From Eledone cirrhosa (taxonomy: Eukaryota): 64,000 nucleotides of DNA. Below, in pieces: positions 40,423 to 54,835 of this stretch. Made by a program: the position numbers and the translations under genes. The notes under the pieces are model-generated. The model was not told where the DNA came from, ran no database searches, and worked only from the letters and a program-made list of their open reading frames with translations. How positions within the stretch are numbered: position 1 is the first letter of the stretch; every line of letters begins with the position of its first letter. The stretch covers positions 24,738,001-24,802,000 of the forward strand of contig OZ024742.1 of the NCBI GenBank assembly GCA_964016885.1, written 5' to 3'.

Positions 40423-40909
40423 TTAGCATAACACTGGAATCACTTCACACAGTGCACACATAGCTGAAATAAATTATAACATGGATTACATTTATATCGA
40501 GAAGTTAGGAGTCTTCTTAAAACTTGTTGATGCATGACCTGAATAGCCAGAAGTAATAAGTTTTAACAATAAGTAGATTCAGTTAAACATTATTTAACAT
40601 CAGTTAACATTTAAGATATAGCGTTTGCTAGAAATAGTGTTACAGTGACATTGTCTAAGTTTTAACAATAAGTATAATCAATTAAACACAAATTAAAAGC
40701 TGTACTTGCTAGAAATAGTGTAACAGAAACAGTTTAATTTGTGAATTTCACCCTGCCACACAAATTGCTGGCCTTGTACCTAAATTAGAAACCATTATTA
40801 GATTGGGTATTAGGTGAGAAAGACCTATTTCCTGGATGAAATATAATTCTAACTCCTTAGATTCTCAACTCAAATATATAATTGAAGTCAACTATTTTTA
40901 TTTTTATTT

Positions 40910-41480
40910 GCAGCATAGAGTTACGGTCCTTTACGGTCTGAATTCAAATCCCACCGCGGTTAACTTTGCCTTTCATCCTTACAGGCTCGATAAAATAAAG
41001 CACCAATAACTGGCACCAATAACTGGCCTTGTGCCTATACTAGAAATCATTATTGGATTGGCTGTATCGGTAGAGGGTCAGACGCCATGCTTTGACGCAA
41101 AGAGTTACGGCCCTTGCCATTCTGAGTTCAAATCCTGCCGAGGTTAACTTTGCCTTTCATCCTTACAGGGTCGATAAAATAAAGTACCAGTAATGCACTG
41201 GGTAATTGCTGGCCTTGTGCCTAAAGTAGAAACAATTATTATTATTTGGTTTGGCAGTATCGGTAGAATGTCAGACAACGTACTTTGGAGCATAGTGTTA
41301 CGGCCCTTTGCGTTCTCAGTTCAAATCCCGCCGAGGTTAACTTTGCCTTTCATCCTTACAGGGTCGATAAAATAAAGCACCAGTAATGTACTGGGGTCGA
41401 TTTAACCAATATTTCCTTCCCCCCATCAAATTTGCTGGCCTTGTGCCTATATAAGAAAGCATTATGATTATTATTATTAG
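40910..41480 (+). mobile_element. Three head-to-tail SINE copies
   Basis: Core GTTAACTTTGCCTTTCATCCTTACAGG repeated at ~40959, 41144, 41336, each ending GGCCTTGTGCCTA..AGAAA..(ATT)n. Confidence 0.85.
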
Positions 41481-41584
41481 TAGTAGTATATATATATAAC
41501 ATATACAAGTAGTAGTAGTAGTAGTAGTATATGTATATAACATATACAAGTAGTAGTAGTAGTAGTAGTATATATAAGATATAC

Positions 41585-41616
<32 letters not shown>

Positions 41617-42229
41617 TAACATATACAACATTATCACAGAAGTATATTGCACCAGTATTCTGTTACATTAAAACTTAGATCTGATTAAAAGAGAAAAACA
41701 CCAACATTGGATTCAGGAATCAATTACTCTGCTCATATATTCTGCTTTCCTTATTTCCTGAAACCTTCCTCATCATTGTTGTTCTTGTTAATGTTGTTGT
41801 TCTTTGTGGTTTGGTGATATCCAGGGGGGGGGGGGGCAGAGAGGGTTTAAGAAACATCCCTGTCTATATTCAGAAGTTAATGGATAGTCAATCAGTCTCC
41901 ATGTGTATCAAGTAAGTGTTGACTAATAAAAACATGGCAGATGGCGACTAAGAAAGTATTGTAATAGCAGAAAGGTGTGGGACCTATTGCATGAAATGGG
42001 TATATATTATCTTAAGGTAAGGTTGGGGAGTTGGGTAATGGAGGGAAACCTTCCTTACTTTTGCCTTATTCATCGCAACTATCAAATGTCCATTTTCTCA
42101 TATCTCGTAAATCCTATATATATATATATAATGTAGAACCCTACCTTGCAAGGAGAATGGATATTACATGAGGATGATGATATACACATGCAGAGACACT
42201 GTGTATGTGTGTGTATACATACACATGTA

Positions 42230-42267
<38 letters not shown>

Positions 42268-42519
42268 AATGTATGTAAATATATGTGTAATGTATATATA
42301 TATATATATATGTATAATAATATATATATGTATATATATGTATGTATATATGTATATATATGTATGTGTATATGTATATATGTATGTATGTATGTGTATA
42401 TGTATATATGTGTATGTATATATATATATGTGTATATGTATATGTATATATATGTATATATATATATATATATATTAGCGTGGAAGATGGACGTTAAACG
42501 ATGATGATCATGATGATGA

Positions 42520-42577
<58 letters not shown>

Positions 42578-42689
42578 GTGTGTGTGTGGGTGTGTGTATA
42601 ATGTATATTTCCAGTATATAGTCTCACTTTACAACTTAATTTTTCCTTTGCTTCAGATTTCTACAGATGTCATTAGGCTTTTATTTCAA

Positions 42690-45600
42690 TTACAATTGTC
42701 CACTACCACCACCAACAGCCGTGGAGCACATACCCCTCCCAGACGACACAGAATCCGACATGGAGTTAGACGCGGGAGTGAAGTGGCAAACGGTCTGCCA
42801 CAAAAAATCAAAAACAAAAAAACCCTTAGATTCACCTTCCAAAAGCGAAGGCATACAAAGAGGGGTAAAGGCAGCAAGGAAACTTGCAGCAACACCACCA
42901 CCATCACCACCACAAGCACCACTGACAACAACAACCACACCACCACCAGCATCACCAAAAACACCAACAACGCAAACACAAGACACACACACCAAACAGC
43001 AACAAGAAGAAAACAGCAACAAAATCCCCCCTGACCCCCAAAAAGTACACAGCCATAAACATGGCAAAAAAAGAACTCATACAATATATAAAGCATCACA
43101 CAGACATCACAGAAAAAAACTACTACACTCCACCAACACCAAGAACTCTCCAGACAAACATAAGCATCATCGAAATCTCAATAGAACAGTACAAACCTTT
43201 AAAACAAAAATTCCCCAATGCAGTTGGAGACCTCAGAGGGACGGTTACCAAGAGGATATACACTGACATCCTCTTGGAAACACCCATGACCAGCGAAAGG
43301 GACGGTTCTACTGTCCCTTCACCACACGATCAAGGTAAATGATCCTTTCTCACTTGCCCCGTTTCTCATCCAACATGGCCGTACTCAGAATAAGCAGTAT
43401 AAATGCACGTGGCCTGGCGTCATCTTGGAAGCAGGGTCACCTGCTCAACGACCTCAGGTCACTAAACATAGATGTGGTGGCCATCAGTGAAACCAGAATC
43501 TCCGAAGCACAAGCCTTCGCATCGATCTTCGGCGGCTACGATGTATACGCATCTCCCAGCCGTCCAGGATCGGGGGGAGGAGTAGCCGTCCTTTTTCGGA
43601 GAGGCTTGGATCTCGCGATACGGGCCATCTTCCTAGACCCAGAAGGTAAGTCGGTGGTGCTGAACGTGACCGGCAGCGAAGGCAATGCTTTCAGGCTAGT
43701 AGCCGTCTACGCCCCAACAGGGTCAGGACGGCCAGATTTCTTCAGACGTCTAGAGACCTTTCTTGGAACGTCCCGCGCTTTAGTGTTAATGGGCGACTGG
43801 AACGGTATCTTGGATGCACGCTGGGATCGTGTGGGGCTAGTGGATAGGGGAGGAGGGTGCAAGAGCCTCACCAACCTGCTCAGACGTTTTGAACTGTCTG
43901 ACAGGTATCGACTGGATCACCCGAATGTGCCAATGTGGACATGGACAAACCGCATCGGGTCATCCAGATCGTATCTCGATAGGGTATTCTGCAGAGAACT
44001 AGATAAGGCTAGTATAGGATGTCCACAATTTAAAATAGTCGACTACACAGACCACAAATTTGTGATCTGTGAGATCGACATAGACAGACTTCATAGACAA
44101 GGGCCTGGTTACTGGAAGCTGAACGCGTCTTTCCCGGCGCGCAAAGCCTACAGAGACCGGATTAGCGTATTAGTTAAGCGGGCGTTGACGGGAGCGGTCG
44201 TCAACAACAGGTGGTGGTTCGCCCTGAAAAGGGCAATTAAAGTAGAGTCGATTAGGTTTAGCAAAGGAGTAGTGATAGAGGAAAATAGAGTAGAGGGAGA
44301 GCTAGTCAGAAAGCTAGAAGAGACGTTTAGGACAGGCATCGCAACCGACGTGCTTGCGGCGAGATTGGCACTCGACCAATTCTTCAACGCAAAACACGAA
44401 GGCTGCGTTGTCAGAGCTAGAGCGCGTGCTCTGAAACACGAGGGGACGAAAGTCGTCCAATGGGCCCTGGTGGCAGAGGCGTGACGTGGCAACAAAGCCA
44501 CAATTCGGTCTTTGTCTGACCAAAACAAGTGCGTGATGCTCGAACCCGAGCGGATGTGTGAAGCTTTTCAGCAGCACTTTGCTGAACTGTTCGGGAGCGG
44601 CGGCGGCCCGGATCGGAACATGGACTTCAGTGCAAACCTCGACGGACTGCCTCGGCTCTCGACGACCGCAGCACAGTGTTGCGAAATGCCAATAACAGCC
44701 GGTGAAATACGGGAAGCGATGGCTAACTGCACAAGGGGTAAATCGCCAGGTTTCAATGGTCTGCCCTACGAGCTTTATGCATTTATGCCAGACTTGTTCG
44801 GTGACCTCTTGGCAGATGTCTACTGCAACTGGCAGCAGAACGGGAGCATTCCCAGTTTTGTGAGCCGAGGAGCAGTGGCGCTGCTGAGAAAAGACCCAAA
44901 CAAGGGGGATGTTATTGATAATTTCAGGCCCATAACCCTGCTAAACGCAGAGTTCAAGATTTTGGCAAAGGTGTTAGCAATGAAGTTGGCGCTTGTCTTC
45001 AAGAGTCTAGTGGGAGAGGCGCAGACATGCGCCATTCCTGACACATCCATACACGACAACCGCCACCTCATGCGATACATCATAGAGAGGGTGGTTAAGG
45101 AACCTGGCAAGGGTAGGGCCCTGATCAACTTGGATCAATCCAAAGCATTCGATAGGTTCGACCATCGGTACTTGGCGGCGGTCCTCGAGGCAGCCGGTTT
45201 CGGAACCGTTTTCAGGGGTTGGATCGTAGCAATGTACAGCGACATCTGCTCAGTTGTGAGGGTGAACGGTCACCTGTCGCAGCCGTTCGGCATCATGCGC
45301 TCAGTCCGCCAGGGTTGTCCCCTCTCGTCCCTCTTGTACGTATTGGCTCTCGAGCCGTTACTGCACAAACTGGGGGCGATGAGGAGCGTCCCACGCGAAC
45401 TATGATGCGGGAAATCCGAGTCGGCTTACGCTGACGACGTCACCGTGGTGGTGTCGAACACCAGACACGTCCAGATGCTCGGCACCGCTCTGAAGGAATA
45501 CGAAGCGGTGACAGGAGCAAAGATAAACCAGGAAAAGTCGGGGGGCTTGCAGCTCGGCACCTGGAGAGGCAAGTCCATGCCGTCCGACAGCGTCGTGGGG

Positions 45601-47046
45601 CATTGGACGGACGGACCGGTTAAATTGCTCGGGGTCTGGTTCGGACCGGACCTCCAGATGGAGAAAAACTGGAACGAGGTGACGAGCAGGGTGGCCTCCC
45701 TCACCCAGTAATTGGCCGAGAGGAAGCTGTCCCCGAGAGGCCGGGCGGAGGTGGCGAATGCGTACATCGCATCCGTCATCTGCTACCGCCTCACCGTCGT
45801 CCCTTGCTCCTGCCCAACTCTCACCAAAATGGAGCGCCTCCTCTTCCGCTTTTTGTGGAAGGGACGCGCTCCCATGGTCAGACGATCCATCTGCTGTCAA
45901 CACTCGTTGCGTGGAGGACTGGGCATGCCATGGCTGATGATGCGCAAACATGCGCTGAGGCTGCGACATCTCTGGTGCTTCCTTGATGGTGAACAGGTGT
46001 GGTCGTCGTTCGCCAGGCCCGTTTTCCCACAGCTCGTCTCCTTGACGGAGCTGCAGTCCTGGGTCAGAAAAAGACCGAGGGATAGCGCTTGGAAACTGGA
46101 ATGTCTCCAGGCGCTCACTGCCCTCTTCCAGCTGGGCACCAGTATCGGTGGAACATCTACCTTGGCGTTCTATAGAGGACTAGTGGAGGGGAAGAGCGAC
46201 GACATTCTCGGAGAGATCCTGGGCGTTGAAGAAGATCAGCTGTTTGCTCTCTTCCGGGGAACTTTCAGCCCGGGGCCTATGGATAACTTCCAAAAATCCC
46301 TGGTGGCAGTGCTACCGGGGAGCGCTGCCGGTTCGAGTTAAGCTCTACAGGCACGGAAGTGCCGTCAGCCGAGCCTGTCCGAGATGCGCGCAGAGCGACG
46401 AAACCGTCGTGCATGCACTCGTTCAGTGCCCGAGCACTGCTGACTTGTGGAGTTATGTCGAACAGTTGCTGTCACGTGTGGGACTGATCCGGTTGTCGAC
46501 TGAGTCCATTGTACAGATGGTTTCGCCGTCTTCCTTCGAGGAAGAAGGGCAGGCGGTTTTCATCTCCCTGGTGGCCATGGCGAAAGAGATTGTGTGGTGG
46601 ACAAGATTAAAAGGGTTAAAGACAGACACTTTCCTCTTCGGCGAATCCCTAATTAACTTCTAGCAAGTTTGTTGAAAGGTGGATGAATGTAGCGAGAATG
46701 GTCCGAGTGAACGGGACCACTCTGAATATACGTCTGTAGTTTGAGAGATGGAAAAATTGAGAGAGGGCGCTTGCCCTGGTGGTCAGGGTGGCCGTGGTCT
46801 TTTGTGTGGTTTTCGCCACGAGTTACCCTCGGAGGTTTCCCCCCTATTGGGGAATTTTTCATTGTTTCGATTTTCATTTTTATTGTTTGTATATATATAT
46901 ATGTTTCTATGTCCTTTTTTTTCTTCTTTTCTTATAAAATAATAAAAATATTTACACACACAAAACCCACATCGTACTGTCCTGTACAGTCCTGTACCGT
47001 CTGTAATGTTTTTCTTGATGTCAGCCCTTGTGGCCAATAAAGAAAT
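42690..47046 (+). mobile_element. Second Tx1/L1-clade LINE, 5'-truncated in ORF1, decayed ORF2
   Basis: ORF2 from ATG 43375: INARGL, GDWN, GYWKLN, FRPITLLN, QGCPLS, YADD, CPRC..HALVQC; stops at ~44482, 45403, 45709, frameshift ~46300, ~50-bp deletion at 46660; ends GTGGCCAATAAAGAAAT. Confidence 0.93.
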
Positions 47047-47061
47047 CATTATTATCTTCCT

Positions 47062-47793
47062 TGTGTGTGTGGTGTGATGTGTAAGTGTGTAGGTGTGGTG
47101 TGTGGTGTGATGTGTAAGTGTGTAGGTGTGTGTGTGTATATATATGTGGGGAGTGTGTGTGTGGTGTGCTGTGTTAGTGTGTAGGTGTGTTGTGGTGTGT
47201 GTGTGTGTGTTTATATGTGGGGAGAGTGTGTGTGGTGTGCTGTGTTAGTGTGTAGGTGTGTTGTGGTGTGTGTGTGTGTGTTTATATGTGGGGAGAGTGT
47301 GTGTGGTGTGCTGTGTAAGTGTGTAGGTGTGTTGTGATGTGTGTGTGTGTGTACATGTGGGAGAGTGTGTGTGTGGTGTGCTGTGTAAGTGTGGTGTATC
47401 TGCTTTGTTTGTGTGTTTGTGTGTGTGTGTGGTGTCTATTTGAGTGTAAATGTGAAGGTGTGGTGTGTGTGTGTGTGTGTGTGTGCTATGTGCTTATGTG
47501 TGTGTGTGTCTAAGTGGTCTGCATGTGTATAAGTATGAATGGTGTGTAGTATGATGTGTGTATGATGTTTGTGTATGTGTATATGTGATCTGAATTAGTG
47601 TGAATGATGTGTAGGTGTAGTGTGTGTGTACTGTGTGTATGTGTGTGTGTGGTCTGTATAAGTGTGAATGATGTTAAATGTGGTTTGTATGTGTTTGTGT
47701 GTGGTGTGTATGTGTTTGTGTGTGTGGTCTGTATAAGTATGAGTGGTGTGTATGTGTTTGCGTGTGTGTGTGGTCTGTATAAGTATGAGTGGT

Positions 47794-47825
<32 letters not shown>

Positions 47826-47960
47826 TTGTGTGTGTGTGTGGTCTGTATAAGTATGAGTGGTGTGTATGTGTTTGTGTGTGTTATATGTTTGTGAGTGTGC
47901 TGTGTGTATGTGTGTGTTATGCATTTGTATATGTATGATGTGAGTACATGTGTGGTGTGT
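47062..47960. repeat. GT-rich compound minisatellites
   Basis: ~66-bp units GTGTGGTGTGCTGTGTTAGTGTGTAGG.. and GGTCTGTATAAGTATGAGTGGTGTG units. Confidence 0.85.
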
Positions 47961-48114
47961 AGAGGGGGTAGTTGTCTCCCTTTCTTTCAGAAGTCCGACA
48001 TAAATAATGTGACATTGACAGAATTAAGAATTACTTTCCAAGACTGAATAATTCATGACTGATAATGAGACAATGATTGAATAATCTTAGATACTGAACA
48101 CCTAAATGTATGCC

Positions 48115-48480
48115 GGCCACAGCCACCACCATCACTAGTACCACCATCACTACCACTACCATCATCACTAGTACCTCTACCACCATCACCACCACTACCT
48201 CCACCATCATGACCACTACTACCTCCACCTCTACCACCACCACTATCACCACCACATCATCACTACTACCTCTACCACTACTATCTCCACCTTTACCACC
48301 ACCACTATCACCACCACCATCATCACTACTACCTCTACCACTACTATCTCCACCTCTACCACCACCACTACCACCACCACCATCATCACTACTACCTCTA
48401 CCACTACCATCATCATCATCACTACTACCTCCACCTCTACCACCACCACCACCATCATCACCTTCCCTCTTCGACCACCT
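48115..48480. repeat. (CCA/CTA/TCA)n trinucleotide-type repeat
   Basis: Direct reading. Confidence 0.85.
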
Positions 48481-48999
48481 TTGCCATCTCACCTTCAAAA
48501 CCATATATATATATATAAAGAAAAGACAGTCGATTTAAAAAAATCTTTCTATTTCTTCTTCGTCTTCTTCTTTTCGTTTTTTTTCTTTTCCTTCTTCCAT
48601 TATTTTTAGTGATGTATTTTATAGTTTCCTCAGAAATTGTAATACAGAAATGTTTTTTTATTCATGTTAAAAAATAAATAATTTGGTAAAGTGGAAGGTG
48701 TTAAAATACAAATATCTTATTTTTTTAATTTTCAAATATTTTTAGTATTTTTCAATTAATTATTAATGAAAATAGATGAATATATTCTATTTCTTAGATT
48801 GTGTCTCCTCTTCCCCCACCACTGTTTCTTGCTGATGGAGTGTGTAGATGTCTGCTATACTTAATAAACACTTTGTTAAACCTTTTCATATCAAATTATT
48901 TGACATTGCCTCTGGTTCTTTTATACAAGGTTGTTTTAGAAAATATTGTAATCTTAAATGCAGAAAAGACTGCAACAACAGTGGAATTCTCTGAATAAA

Positions 49000-49290
49000 A
49001 AGATCCCATTCAGTCACAAATGACTAGAAAGTTCCCTTCCGAGTCACAGATCTGAGCAAGATTGTTTCTGTGGAAGTCCGGTAGTACCGCAGACTAGTCT
49101 TCCTCTTCCTCTTTCCTCGCTGCCGATGTTGTCCAACGGAGAGGCAAAGGCTGATACAGTTTGGCTCCAGTTACGTCAGAACTCATTTCTACAACTGAAT
49201 AAACTGGAACAACAAGAAATAAAGTATCTTGGTCAAGAACACAACGCACTGCCCTATATGGGAGTTTGAACTCACAACTTTGTGACAATA
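49000..49290 (-). mobile_element. tRNA-SINE (GTGTCCTTGAGCAAGACA family)
   Basis: CTCATTTCTACAACTGAATAAACTGGAAC..TCTTGGTCAAGAACACAAC..TTTGAACTCACAAC, similar to 31790-31890. Confidence 0.65.
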
Positions 49291-49594
49291 GGACAACAGG
49301 TCAAATGACTCTGTTATCCCATTGTGCCTTTTGCAAGATTCTGAAAAGAAATTCATCTACATGGTGCTCAGGTGGAGTTGGGCTCTGTGTGGCATTGAAA
49401 TGTAATTGTGGCAAGTCCTTTGACTCCACAGGTCTTCATGGATAAAGGCAGGAGTGTGGGACTATGTCCTTATTATATATTTTTATCCCGTTAGTAAAAT
49501 AAGTTGGATTACTTTGATTAAATAATGAATGAATATTACATAATTTATGTACTAAATTTAGCAACAGTTGATTAAACATAAATATTCTTATATA

Positions 49595-49752
49595 TAATTG
49601 TTTCTACTTTTGGCACAAGGCCAGCAATTACTCCAGTGTATTACTGGTACTTTATTTTATCGACCCCGTAAGGATGAAAGGCAAAGTTAACCTCGGCGGG
49701 ATTTGAACTCAGTCCGTAGTTCAAATCCCGCCAAGGTTAACTCGGCGGGATT
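49595..49752 (-). mobile_element. SINE (GCCTTTCATCCTTAC family) with short inverted head duplication
   Basis: Reverse complement of 39330-39512 core; GGCGGGATTTGAACT..AGTTCAAATCCCGCC fold-back at 49695-49732. Confidence 0.75.
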
Positions 49753-50699
49753 TATATAATGATTGCTTATTTTAAGATTCACTTCTTTTAAAACGTTCAC
49801 ATGTCAATACTTCCAGTTATGATATAATGGATGCTATATCATAACACTTATATAACCGTTCATATATTTCCATCGTTATATCATAATGTTTATATTTCCG
49901 TCGCTAATTTTCTCCTTTTTCATTTTCACTAAATTTCAACGTAATGCAGTTTATATATAATATCGTATTTTTTAAATGTATCATGGATTACTCTACTGAT
50001 TGAAGAAGAAAGTGAAACAGAGTCTCTTCAATTCTGTGCATATTCTCAATTGCGATTTTATTTGATGTATTATATTTGCATATAATATCAATATGCACAC
50101 TACACATGCTAGCAGAAAACCAGCCGAAGGGTGGTTTTTCTGCTAGTATAAATGTATATATATTTATTTCAATAGAATGCTTACAAATAAACAAACACCA
50201 CTCTGAGTTTTCTGCATGAAGACATCTGTTAGCCAAAATCTGATCACAGTCATATAACTGGAAACTGCGATGTTGTGTTTAGTTTTACTACATTATTGAC
50301 AATGACATCTGTGATATCCCCACTAGACATTCTAGAGAAGAAACAATATTTTAATTTTTAATGAAACAGGAAATTCTCATGATATCCTTTACTTGGAGTA
50401 AATGATCTCTGCTAACCCCCACATAATAGAGTGCTAAACCCCTCAGGCTCACACTCTACATAATCAATACTCATGAGTAAATCACTAACAGCAACATAGA
50501 TAAACATTGAAATCAAAATAAACTTTGTGAACTTTAGTACATCAGACATGTTTAATTATTCCATGTTTGGTTACACAGAGGATATTGAACTATGCAAGTG
50601 GCTACAGTATTGAACTTCTATGAAACAACTTTGTGTTGAAACCCACTAAAGATTCACCTCTGTATCGTTAGGAAACTGGAGATACTTCTGTGTCTGTAA

Positions 50700-51008
50700 T
50701 CTATATTATAAAAGCACTGTCTGTCTGTCCTTCAGTCCCTCCATCCTCCACATTCAATTTATATAGAGGGGGAATCACCAAGCGAGATATGTACATATAT
50801 AGAGAGAGAGAAAAGGGAACAGCGAGTGTTTTTGAAGTGGCAGAAATAAGTAGATAGACAGAAAGTTATGACTTTGCCCTCATCTATAGAGAGGGGGGGG
50901 GGGCACCAAGCGAAAGAGATGTACATAGATAGAGAAAAGGGAATGTCATTTGTTTAGAGAGAGTGTGTGTGATAGAAAGAGGGAGAAGACAATGACGCTC
51001 CCATCTAG
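50700..51008 (+). mobile_element. Possible non-autonomous Helitron
   Basis: A|TCTATATTATAAAAG..(CTGT)n 5' end, CTAG|T 3' end, internal duplicated block; no clear 3' GC hairpin. Confidence 0.4.
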
Positions 51009-51387
51009 TTATTATAAAACTGGAGATTAACTGAAGATATATATGTGTCTGTAATTATTAAAGGTGACACTAGCACAGAGAATAAACTGTACTTTGTAAT
51101 TCAAAGATCACACACACTGGGTCATGCGGATTCTCCCTGAGAATATGCATGTTAAGGGTGCATATGTCTGTAGAATGTTCAGCCACTTATACATAAATTT
51201 CATAAGCAGGCTATTCTGTTTGTTCAGGGAACAACTAGAGCACTCATCGTTGAAACTGATGGAGATCCATTGCAATCCAAATCTATAGGAAAAAAATAAA
51301 AACTTATCTAGATTTAACAAAATGTGTCAACATCCACAATTGGCAGAAGGGTTCATTTCAGTAGAAAACTGTAGATGTAAGAGGTAC

Positions 51388-51730
51388 AATCATCATCATC
51401 ATCATCATAATTTTACGTCCGCTTTTCCCTGCTTGCAAGGGTGGGATGGGTCCTATTCAGTACAGCATCTCTCCACTTGTCACGGTCCTTTGTCATCTCC
51501 TCCGTGAGTTTCAGCGATCTGAGGTCTGCTTTCACCACCTCCACCCATGTCTTTCGTGGTCTTCCTCTACTGTGTCTTCCTTCTACTGTGATTTCTTGGC
51601 ACTTCTTTACCCAGGAGTCCTCCTCCACACACATCACATTCCATACCATCGCAGTCTTCTCTTCCGCACACTACAACTTATCCCTCTTATACCCAGTTTC
51701 TTTCTCAACTCATCAATATGTATGCCAATA
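51388..51730 (-). mobile_element. 5'-truncated RTE of a related family
   Basis: DSWVKKCQEITVEGRHSRGRPRKTWVEVVKADL; (GAT)n tail. Confidence 0.85.
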
Positions 51731-51959
51731 ACAATAGCATTTCAGTAGAAGGGGAAAATAACTGAATTTGCATTCTTTACTCCCAGAATGAATTTCTTTG
51801 TAGAATAACAGGGCCAATATCTAACAAGAAGAATATTGAAGAATTGAAAGATATTTGAATTGCAGAGTTAATGCTATGGTTCTGCTTCTGTAAATATATG
51901 TGGGATTGCTATAAATATAATATTGCAATAAATTTGTGTCATTTATTTTAAGAAGTCGC

Positions 51960-51987
51960 ATGTTTGTGTATATATATAAATAAATAT

Positions 51988-52043
<56 letters not shown>

Positions 52044-52082
52044 ATGTGTATAAATATATATATATATATAGATGTGTGTGAG

Positions 52083-52122
<40 letters not shown>

Positions 52123-52345
52123 GTGTATGTATATGTGTATGTATATGCATATGTTGTGGCTGTATTGTGTACTGTATCGATTGCTTTGTTATTTCTGTTT
52201 ACTTTCTTGCATATATATGTATATATATATATATTTATATATGTATATATAATATATACATATATTGTATACATATATGTATATATATATAACATATACA
52301 TATATTGTATATATATATGTATATATATGTAACATAAATATATTG

Positions 52346-52381
<36 letters not shown>

Positions 52382-52660
52382 ACATATACATATATTGTAT
52401 ATATATATATGAATATATAATATATACATATATTGTATATTTTTATGTATATATAATATATATATGTATATGTATATATAATGCATATATATATTGTATA
52501 TATTTATGTATATATAATATATATATATATACATGTATATATAATATATATATATGTATATACAATGTATATATATATATATATATTGTATATACATATC
52601 TTATATATATATATATATGTGTGTGTGTATATATACATACCTAAACACATGCACACACAC
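51960..52660. repeat. TA-rich compound microsatellite
   Basis: Direct reading. Confidence 0.9.
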
Positions 52661-53099
52661 AGACTTCATGCAGAAAGGTACTTGAAATTAAATAGTTGGT
52701 GACCGTTAAAATTAATTTGCTATTTTATCTTGAAGAGATTTTTCAAAGTTTAATAATATGCAAAACAAATATAAGAATAAAAATTTACAAAAATATTTTT
52801 AAAAAAACAAAAAAAAAATGCTGAAAAACTGAAATCCACCCACCTCTACATATATAAAAAACAAAAAAAAACTAACACCCACATACAAAATTATTTTTGA
52901 TAATTTTATGTCAAGAACAAATTTTGAATCCCAAAAGAGTATGGTAATATCTAATTCGTCTTTCTCTAGAATTATATCATGTTCGATGTACATGCCTGTT
53001 AAAGTGTATTCCGAACAATGCAGTTGACATTTTCCATCCGAAAGATTGCATTAAATGGAGAAATCTTACAATAGCAATAAAAATATTTAGAAGAAGTAA

Positions 53100-53850
<751 letters not shown>

Positions 53851-54161
53851 TTTCTTTCCACAAGGTTATTTGGAAAGTTTGCTTTTATTTATGATTTCTG
53901 ATACAAAAGAATTGCAGATATTATAGCTTCTGTTTACCTCATTTATTTTTACCATATTTTTCCTTTCCTCCCCTATAATCCACTGTATATGTGTGGCTTG
54001 TTTCTCTGTGTGTGAGTGTATATATATATATATATACATATGTGTATGTGTGTATATATATATATATATATGTGTATGTGTATGTGTGTATATATATATA
54101 TATATATATCGAGAGAGAGAAAGAAAGACACATAATTATATGTGTGTGTGTGTGTGTGTTT

Positions 54162-54212
<51 letters not shown>

Positions 54213-54272
54213 CATATATACAAACGCTTGATTCATCATCATCATTTAACGTCCATCTTCCACACTAGCATG

Positions 54273-54313
<41 letters not shown>

Positions 54314-54835
54314 CTACGTCATCGTAAAAATAATACATACACATATATATATATATCACACACAAACATATACACATATATACAAATGCATGCATGTGTC
54401 CCTATGTGTGTGTATATATATATATATATTATATATATGTATATATATAAATGCTGATGATGATAATATATATATATATGTATTATCATCATCATCATTT
54501 TTATGATGATGTTGATACACATGTATATATATATGTGTATTTATATATATACATGTGTGTATGTATATTTTAGTGTTTGTGTGTATATGTGTGTATCATC
54601 ATTTTCATTATCATTTTTACAATGATGTTGATACACATGTATATATACATGCATGTATGTATGTATATTTGTGTGTATATATGTGTGTATATATTTTAGT
54701 ATTTCGAACTATCAAACATGGCAGTCCACCTTCAATGAATTATGAATACAAATTATACTGCACTGAGTAAAATGAAATCTGCAAGAAAGGAACGCAGCAA
54801 GCATGCATGTTAGATTACATTTTTAGTTCTATCTA

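Noticed and set aside
42640-42700. Splice-acceptor-like TTTTCCTTTGCTTCAG before Tx1 copy 2 (possible host exon)
   Set aside because: No donor site or recognisable peptide; runs directly into LINE sequence
50107-50146. Short hairpin CTAGCAGAAAACCA..TGGTTTTTCTGCTAG as terminator or Helitron end
   Set aside because: Isolated, no associated element or second copy seen; bacterial terminator logic does not apply
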